From Auanema rhodensis (taxonomy: Eukaryota; Animalia; Nematoda): a stretch of DNA of 64,000 nt. Position 1 is the first letter of the stretch. Every line of letters starts with the position of its first letter. The translations under genes and the position numbers were made by a program. Below are positions 56,801 through 64,000 of this stretch, in pieces. The stretch is taken from contig OZ059900.1 in assembly GCA_964057225.1 (NCBI GenBank), positions 2,294,001 through 2,358,000 on the forward strand, given 5' to 3'. Below the pieces are notes generated by a model that had not been told where the DNA came from, did not search any database, and saw nothing but the letters and a program-made list of their open reading frames with translations.

Positions 56801-59800
56801 GAATTTTTGAATTTTCCGAGTTTTGAGTCCAATTGGGCTAAATCGCTCATATATATGATCAAAAGCATAGTTTTACTGTCTATGATAACAAAAGTCTTCA
56901 AATATACACTAATAATGATTAAATCACTGATTTTCAGTCAAATAGCATTACTACACTAAGTATGGTCGTTTTTATGCCTTTAACACCATATACTCACCGA
57001 TTTTTGGTACAAAATCTGTAATACTTGTAAATTTTGATCATATTTGTTAAGATTCGAGAATCAAACACATAATACACGAAATAAGTCTATTTTTACAAGT
57101 TTGCACTGATATTTATTCATTTTGATCAAAAAAGGTCGAAAATAGAAAGAATTTTTGAAATTTCCGAGTTTTGAGTCCAATTTGGCTAAATCGTTCATAT
57201 ATAAGATCAAAAGCATAGTTTTATTGTCTATAACAACAAAAGTCATCAATTAAACGCTAGTGATATTTAAATACTGATTTTCGCTCAAGTAGCATTACTA
57301 CACTAAGTATGGTCGTTTTTATGCCTTTAACACCATATACTCACCGATTTTTGGTACAAAATCTGTAATACTTGTAAATTTTGATCATATTCGTTAAGAT
57401 TTGAGAATCGAACATACAATACACAAAATCAGTCTATTTTTACAAGTTTGCACTGATATTTATTCATTTTGATCAAAAAAGGTCGAAAATAGAAAGAATT
57501 TTTGAAATTTCCGAGTTTTGAGTCCAATTTGGCTAAATCGCTCATATATATGATCAAAAGCATAGTTTTATTGTCTATGACAACAAAAGTCATCAATTAA
57601 ACGCTAGTGATATTTAAATACTGATTTTCGCTCAAGTAGCATTACTACACTAAGTATGGTCGTTTTTATGCCTTTAACACCATATACTCACCGATTTTTG
57701 GTACAAAATCTGTAATACTCGTAAAATTTGATCATATTTGTTAAGATTTGAGAATCAAACACACAATACACAAAATCAGTCTATTTTCATGAGTTTACAC
57801 TGATATATATTCATTTTCATCAAAAAAGGTCGAAAATAGAAAGAATTTTTGAATTTTCCGAGTTTTGAGTCGAATTGGGCTAAATCGCTCATATATATGA
57901 TCAAAAGCATAGTTTTACTGTCTATGATAACAAAAGTCTTCAAATATACACTAATAATGATTAAATCACTGAATTTCACTCAAATAGCATTACTACACTA
58001 AGTATGGTCGTTTTTATGCCTTTAACACCATATACTCACCGATTTTTGGTACAAAATCTGTAATACTTGTAAATTTTGATCATATTTGTTAAGATTCGAG
58101 AATCAAACACATAATACACAAAATAAGTCTATTTTTACAAGTTTGCACTGATATTTATTCATTTTGATCAAAAAAGGTCGAAAATAGAAAGAATTTTTGA
58201 AATTTCCGAGTTTTGAGTCCAATTTGGCTAAATCGCTCATATATATGATCAAAAGCATAGTTTTATTGTCTATAACAACAAAAGTCATCAATTAAACGCT
58301 AGTGATGTTTAAATACTGAATTTCGCTCAAATAGCATTACTACACTAAGTATGGTCGTTTTTATGCCTTTAACACCATATACTCACCGGTTTTTTGTACA
58401 AAATCTGTAATACTCGTAAATTTTGATCATATTCGTTAAGATTTGAGAATCAAACATACAATACACAAAATCAGTCTATTTTTATGAGCTTGTACTGATA
58501 TATATTCATTTTGATCAAAAAAGGTCGAAAATAGAAAGAATTTTTGAAATTTCCGAGTTTTGAGTCTAATTTGGCTAAATCGCTCATATATATGATCAAA
58601 AGCATAGTTTTACTGTCTATGATAACAAAAGTCTTCAAATATACACTAATAATGTGTAAATCACTGAATTTCACTCAAATAGCTTTACTACACTAAGTAT
58701 GGTCGTTTTTATGCCTTTAACACCATATACTCAACGATTTTTGGTACAAAATCTGTAATACTCGTAAATTTTGATCATATTCGTTAAGATTTGAGAATCA
58801 AACACATAATACACGAAATAAGTTTATTTTTACAAGTTTGCACTGATATTTATTCATTTTGATCAAAAAAGGTCGAAAATAGAAAGAATTTTTGAAATTT
58901 CCGAGTTTTGAGTCTAATTTGGCTAAATCGCTCATATATATGATCAAAAGCATAGTTTTATTGTCTATGACAACAAAAGTCATCAATTAAACGCTAGTGA
59001 TGTTTAAATACTGAATTTCGCTCAAATAGCATTACTACACTAAGTATGGTCGTTTTTATGCCTTTAACACCATATACTCACCGATTTTTGGTACAAAATC
59101 TGTAATACTCGTAAATTTTGATCATATTCGTTAAGATTTGAGAATCAAACATACAATACACAAAATCAGTCTATTTTTATGAGCTTGCACTGATATATAT
59201 TCATTTTGATCAAAAAAGGTCGAAAATAGAAAGAATTTTCGAATTTTCCGAGTTTTGAGTCCAATTGGGCTAAATCGCTCATATATATGATCAAAAGCAT
59301 AGTTTTACTGTCTATGATAACAAAAGTCTTCAAATATACACTAATGATGTGTAAATCACTGAATTTCACTCAAATAGCTTTACTACACTAAGTATGGTCG
59401 TTTTTATGCCTTTAACACCATATACTCACCGATTTTTGGTACAAAATCTGTAATACTCGTAAATTTTGATCATATTCGTTAAGATTTGAGAATCAAACAT
59501 ACAATACACAAAATCAGTCTATTTTTATGAGCTTGCACTGATATATATTCATTTTGATCAAAAAAGGTCGAAAATAGAAAGAATTTTTGAAATTTCCGAG
59601 TTTTGAGTCCAATTTGGCTAAATCGCTCATATATATGATCAAAAGCATAGTTTTACTGTCTATGATAACAAAAGTCTTCAAATATACACTAATAATGTGT
59701 AAATCACTGAATTTCACTCAAATAGCTTTACTACACTAAGTATGGTCGTTTTTATGCCTTTAACACCATATACTCAACGATTTTTGGTACAAAATCTGTA

Positions 59801-62505
59801 ATACTCGTAAATTTTGATCATATTCGTTAAGATTTGAGAATCAAACATACAATACACAAAATCAGTCTATTTTTATGAGCTTGCACTGATATATATTCAT
59901 TTTGATCAAAAAAGGTCGAAAATAGAAAGAATTTTTGAAATTTCCGAGTTTTGAGTCTAATTTGGCTAAATCGCTCATATACATGATCAGAAGCATAGTT
60001 TTATTGTCTATGACAACAAAAGTCATCAATTAAACGCTAGTGATGTTTAAATACTGATTTTCGCTCAAATAGCATTACTACACTAAGTATGGTCGTTTTT
60101 ATGCCTTTAACACCATATACTCACCGATTTTTGGTACAAAATCTGTAATACTCGTAAATTTTGATCATATTCGTTAAGATTTGAAAATCAAACACACAAT
60201 AAACAAAATCAGTCTATTTTTATGAGTTTGCACTGATATATATTCATTTTGATCAAAAAAGGTCGAAAATAGAAAGAATTTTTGAATTTTCCGAGTTTTG
60301 AGTCCAATTGGGCTAAATCGCTCATATATATGATCAAAAGCATAGTTTTACTGTCTATGATAACAAAAGTCTTCAAATATACACTAATAATGATTAAATC
60401 ACTGAATTTCACTCAAATAGCATTACTACACTAAGTATGGTCGTTTTTATGCCTTTAACACCATATACTCACCGATTTTTGGTACAAAATCTGTGATACT
60501 CGTAAATTTTGATCATATTCGTTAAGATTTGAAAATCAAACACACAATAAACAAAATCAGTCTATTTTTATGAGTTTGCACTGATATATATTCATTTTGA
60601 TCAAAAAAGGTCGAAAATAGAAAGAATTTTTGAAATTTCCGAGTTTTGAGTCTAATTTGGCTAAATCGCTCATATATAAGATCAAAAGCATAGTTTTACT
60701 GTCTATGATAACAAAAGTCTTCAAATATACACTAATAATGATTAAATCACTGATTTTCAGTCAAATAGCATTACTACACTAAGTATGGTCGTTTTTATGC
60801 CTTTAACACCATATACTCACCGATTTTTGGTACAAAATCTGTAATACTCGTAAATTTCGATCATATTCGTTAAGATTTGAAAATCAAACACACAATAAAC
60901 AAAATCAGTCTATTTTTATGAGTTTGCACTGATATATATTCATTTTGATCAAAAAAGGTCGAAAATAGAAAGAATTTTTGAATTTTCCGAGTTTTGAGTC
61001 CAATTGGGCTAAATCGCTCATATATATGATCAAAAGCATAGTTTTACTGTCTATGATAACAAAAGTCTTCAAATATACACTAATAATGATTAAATCACTG
61101 ATTTTCAGTCAAATAGCATTACTACACTAAGTATGGTCGTTTTTATGCCTTTAACACCATATACTCACCGATTTTTGGTACAAAATCTGTAATACTTGTA
61201 AATTTTGATCATATTTGTTAAGATTCGAGAATCAAACACATAATACACGAAATAAGTCTATTTTTACAAGTTTGCACTGATATTTATTCATTTTGATCAA
61301 AAAAGGTCGAAAATAGAAAGAATTTTTGAAATTTCCGAGTTTTGAGTCTAATTTGGCTAAATCGCTCATATACATGATCAGAAGCATAGTTTTATTGTCT
61401 ATGACAACAAAAATCATCAATTAAACGCTAGTGATGTTTAAATACTGATTTTCGCTCAAATAGCATTACTACACTAAGTATGGTCGTTTTTATGCCTTTA
61501 ACACCATATACTCACCGATTTTTGGTACAAAATCTGTAATACTCGTAAATTTTGATCATATTCGTTAAGATTTGAAAATCAAACACACAATAAACAAAAT
61601 CAGTCTATTTTTATGAGTTTGCACTGATATATATTCATTTTGATCAAAAAAGGTCGAAAATAGAAAGAATTTTTGAATTTTCCGAGTTTTGAGTCCAATT
61701 GGGCTAAATCGCTCATATATATGATCAAAAGCATAGTTTTACTGTCTATGATAACAAAAGTCTTCAAATATACACTAATAATGATTAAATCACTGATTTT
61801 CAGTCAAATAGCATTACTACACTAAGTATGGTCGTTTTTATGCCTTTAACACCATATACTCACCGATTTTTGGTACAAAATCTGTAATACTTGTAAATTT
61901 TGATCATATTTGTTAAGATTCGAGAATCAAACACATAATACACGAAATAAGTCTATTTTTACAAGTTTGCACTGATATTTATTCATTTTGATCAAAAAAG
62001 GTCGAAAATAGAAAGAATTTTTGAAATTTCCGAGTTTTGAGTCCAATTTGGCTAAATCGCTCATATATATGATCAAAAGCATAGTTTTATTGTCTATAAC
62101 AACAAAAGTCATCAATTAAACGCTAGTGATGTTTAAATACTGAATTTCGCTCAAATAGCATTACTACACTAAGTATGGTCGTTTTTATGCCTTTAACACC
62201 ATATACTCACCGATTTTTGGTACAAAATCTGTAATACTCGTAAATTTTGATCATATTCGTTAAGATTTGAGAATCAAACATACAATACACAAAATCAGTC
62301 TATTTTTATGAGCTTGCACTGATATATATTCATTTTGATCAAAAAAGGTCGAAAATAGAAAGAATTTTTGAAATTTCCGAGTTTTGAGTCTAATTTGGCT
62401 AAATCGCTCATATATATGATCAAAAGCATAGTTTTACTGTCTATGATAACAAAAGTCTTCAAATATACACTAATAATGTGTAAATCACTGAATTTCACTC
62501 AAATA
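53816..62505. repeat. Tandem duplication of a 4866-bp 14-monomer block; second copy is three monomers shorter
   Basis: Offset 4866: 53932/58798, 54300/59166, 54648/59514, 55343/60209, 56366/61232. The offset then falls to 3824 (58471/62295). Confidence 0.85.
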
Positions 62506-63895
62506 GCTTTACTACACTAAGTATGGTCGTTTTTATGCCTTTAACACCATATACTCAACGATTTTTGGTACAAAATCTGTAATACTCGTAAATTTTGATC
62601 ATATTCGTTAAGATTTGAGAATCAAACATACAATACACAAAATCAGTCTATTTTTATGAACTTGCACTGATATATATTCATTTTGATCAAAAAAGGTCGA
62701 AAATAGAAAGAATTTTTGAAATTTCCGAGTTTTGAGTCTAATTTGGCTAAATCGCTCATATATATGATCAAAAGCATAGTTTTACTGTCTATGATAACAA
62801 AAGTCTTCAAATATACACTAATAATGTGTAAATCACTGATTTTCAGTCAAATAGCATTACTACACTAAGTATGGTCGTTTTTATGCCTTTAACACCATAT
62901 ACTCACCGATTTTTGGTACAAAATCTGTAATACTTGTAAATTTTGATCATATTTGTTAAGATTCGAGAATCAAACACATAATACACGAAATAAGTCTATT
63001 TTTACAAGTTTGCACTGATATTTATTCATTTTGATCAAAAAAGGTCGAAAATAGAAAGAATTTTTGAAATTTCCGAGTTTTGAGTCCAATTTGGCTAAAT
63101 CGCTCATATATATGATCAAAAGCATAGTTTTATTGTCTATAACAACAAAAGTCATCAATTAAACGCTAGTGATGTTTAAATACTGAATTTCGCTCAAATA
63201 GCATTACTACACTAAGTATGGTCGTTTTTATGCCTTTAACACCATATACTCACCGATTTTTGGTACAAAATCTGTAATACTCGTAAATTTTGATCATATT
63301 CGTTAAGATTTGAGAATCAAACATACAATACACAAAATCAGTCTATTTTTATGAGCTTGCACTGATATATATTCATTTTGATCAAAAAAGGTCGAAAATA
63401 GAAAGAATTTTTGAAATTTCCGAGTTTTGAGTCTAATTTGGCTAAATCGCTCATATATATGATCAAAAGCATAGTTTTACTGTCTATGATAACAAAAGTC
63501 TTCAAATATACACTAATAATGTGTAAATCACTGAATTTCACTCAAATAGCTTTACTACACTAAGTATGGTCGTTTTTATGCCTTTAACACCATATACTCA
63601 ACGATTTTTGGTACAAAATCTGTAATACTCGTAAATTTTGATCATATTCGTTAAGATTTGAGAATCAAACATACAATACACAAAATCAGTCTATTTTTAT
63701 GAACTTGCACTGATATATATTCATTTTGATCAAAAAAGGTCGAAAATAGAAAGAATTTTTGAAATTTCCGAGTTTTGAGTCTAATTTGGCTAAATCGCTC
63801 ATATACATGATCAGAAGCATAGTTTTATTGTCTATGACAACAAAAGTCATCAATTAAACGCTAGTGATGTTTAAATACTGATTTTCGCTCAAATA
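61811..63895. repeat. Tandem duplication of a 1043-bp trimer
   Basis: Offset 1043: 61927/62970, 62295/63338. Private SNP TATGAACTTG occurs at ~62656 and ~63699. Confidence 0.85.
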
Positions 63896-64000
63896 GCATT
63901 ACTACACTAAGTATGGTCGTTTTTATGCCTTTAACACCATATACTCACCGATTTTTGGTACAAAATCTGTAATACTCGTAAATTTCGATCATATTCGTTA

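Larger units (their letters stand above)
1..64000. repeat. Satellite DNA tandem array, 347/348-bp monomer, ~184 head-to-tail copies, probably (peri)centromeric heterochromatin
   Basis: The anchor GC(A/T)TTACTACACTAAGTATGGTCG recurs at 42, 389, 736, ... 63896 every 347 or 348 bp. There is no inversion or unique insert. The centromeric or heterochromatic location is inferred from monomer length, homogeneity and AT content, not shown. Confidence 0.98.

Noticed and set aside
158-63541. Over a hundred near-identical 61-101-aa minus-strand ORFs (MKFSD.../MMTFV...)
   Set aside because: They are one frame of the monomer read repeatedly. Many starts are GTG/TTG, and starts, stops and the 1-bp indel vary with satellite alleles. 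Variants are largely non-synonymous, there is no recognisable domain, and many monomers lack the ORF. Ribo-seq or proteomics evidence would be needed to revisit this.
1-64000. CRISPR-like or diversity-cassette array (conserved box plus variable region)
   Set aside because: The variable parts are allelic versions of the same sequence, not unique spacers. The period is 348 bp, and there are no cas, recombinase or reverse-transcriptase genes.

Overview
The whole 64-kb window is one uninterrupted, head-to-tail, AT-rich (~29% GC, counted over 61-420) satellite DNA array. It holds about 184 copies of a 347/348-bp monomer in a single orientation, and both window ends lie inside the array. I see no genes, transposons, RNA genes or unique sequence; every listed ORF is the same minus-strand frame read through successive monomers. 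The pattern looks like eukaryotic centromeric or pericentromeric satellite, but I cannot assign the family or species from memory. The informative signal is architectural. (1) The monomer is an old diverged dimer of a ~170-178-bp unit. (2) Monomers are mosaics of 2-3 allelic modules, and many polymorphic sites are CpG/TpG/CpA. (3) Local higher-order block duplications of 3, 5, 6, 11/12, 14 and 15 monomers are nested inside one another. (4) Two structural variant monomers (+69 bp, -114 bp) each occur twice and mark block duplications. (5) The left ~9.7 kb and right ~10-12 kb share private variants that are absent from the central ~42 kb, suggesting a layered expansion. I found no evidence of a novel coding system.
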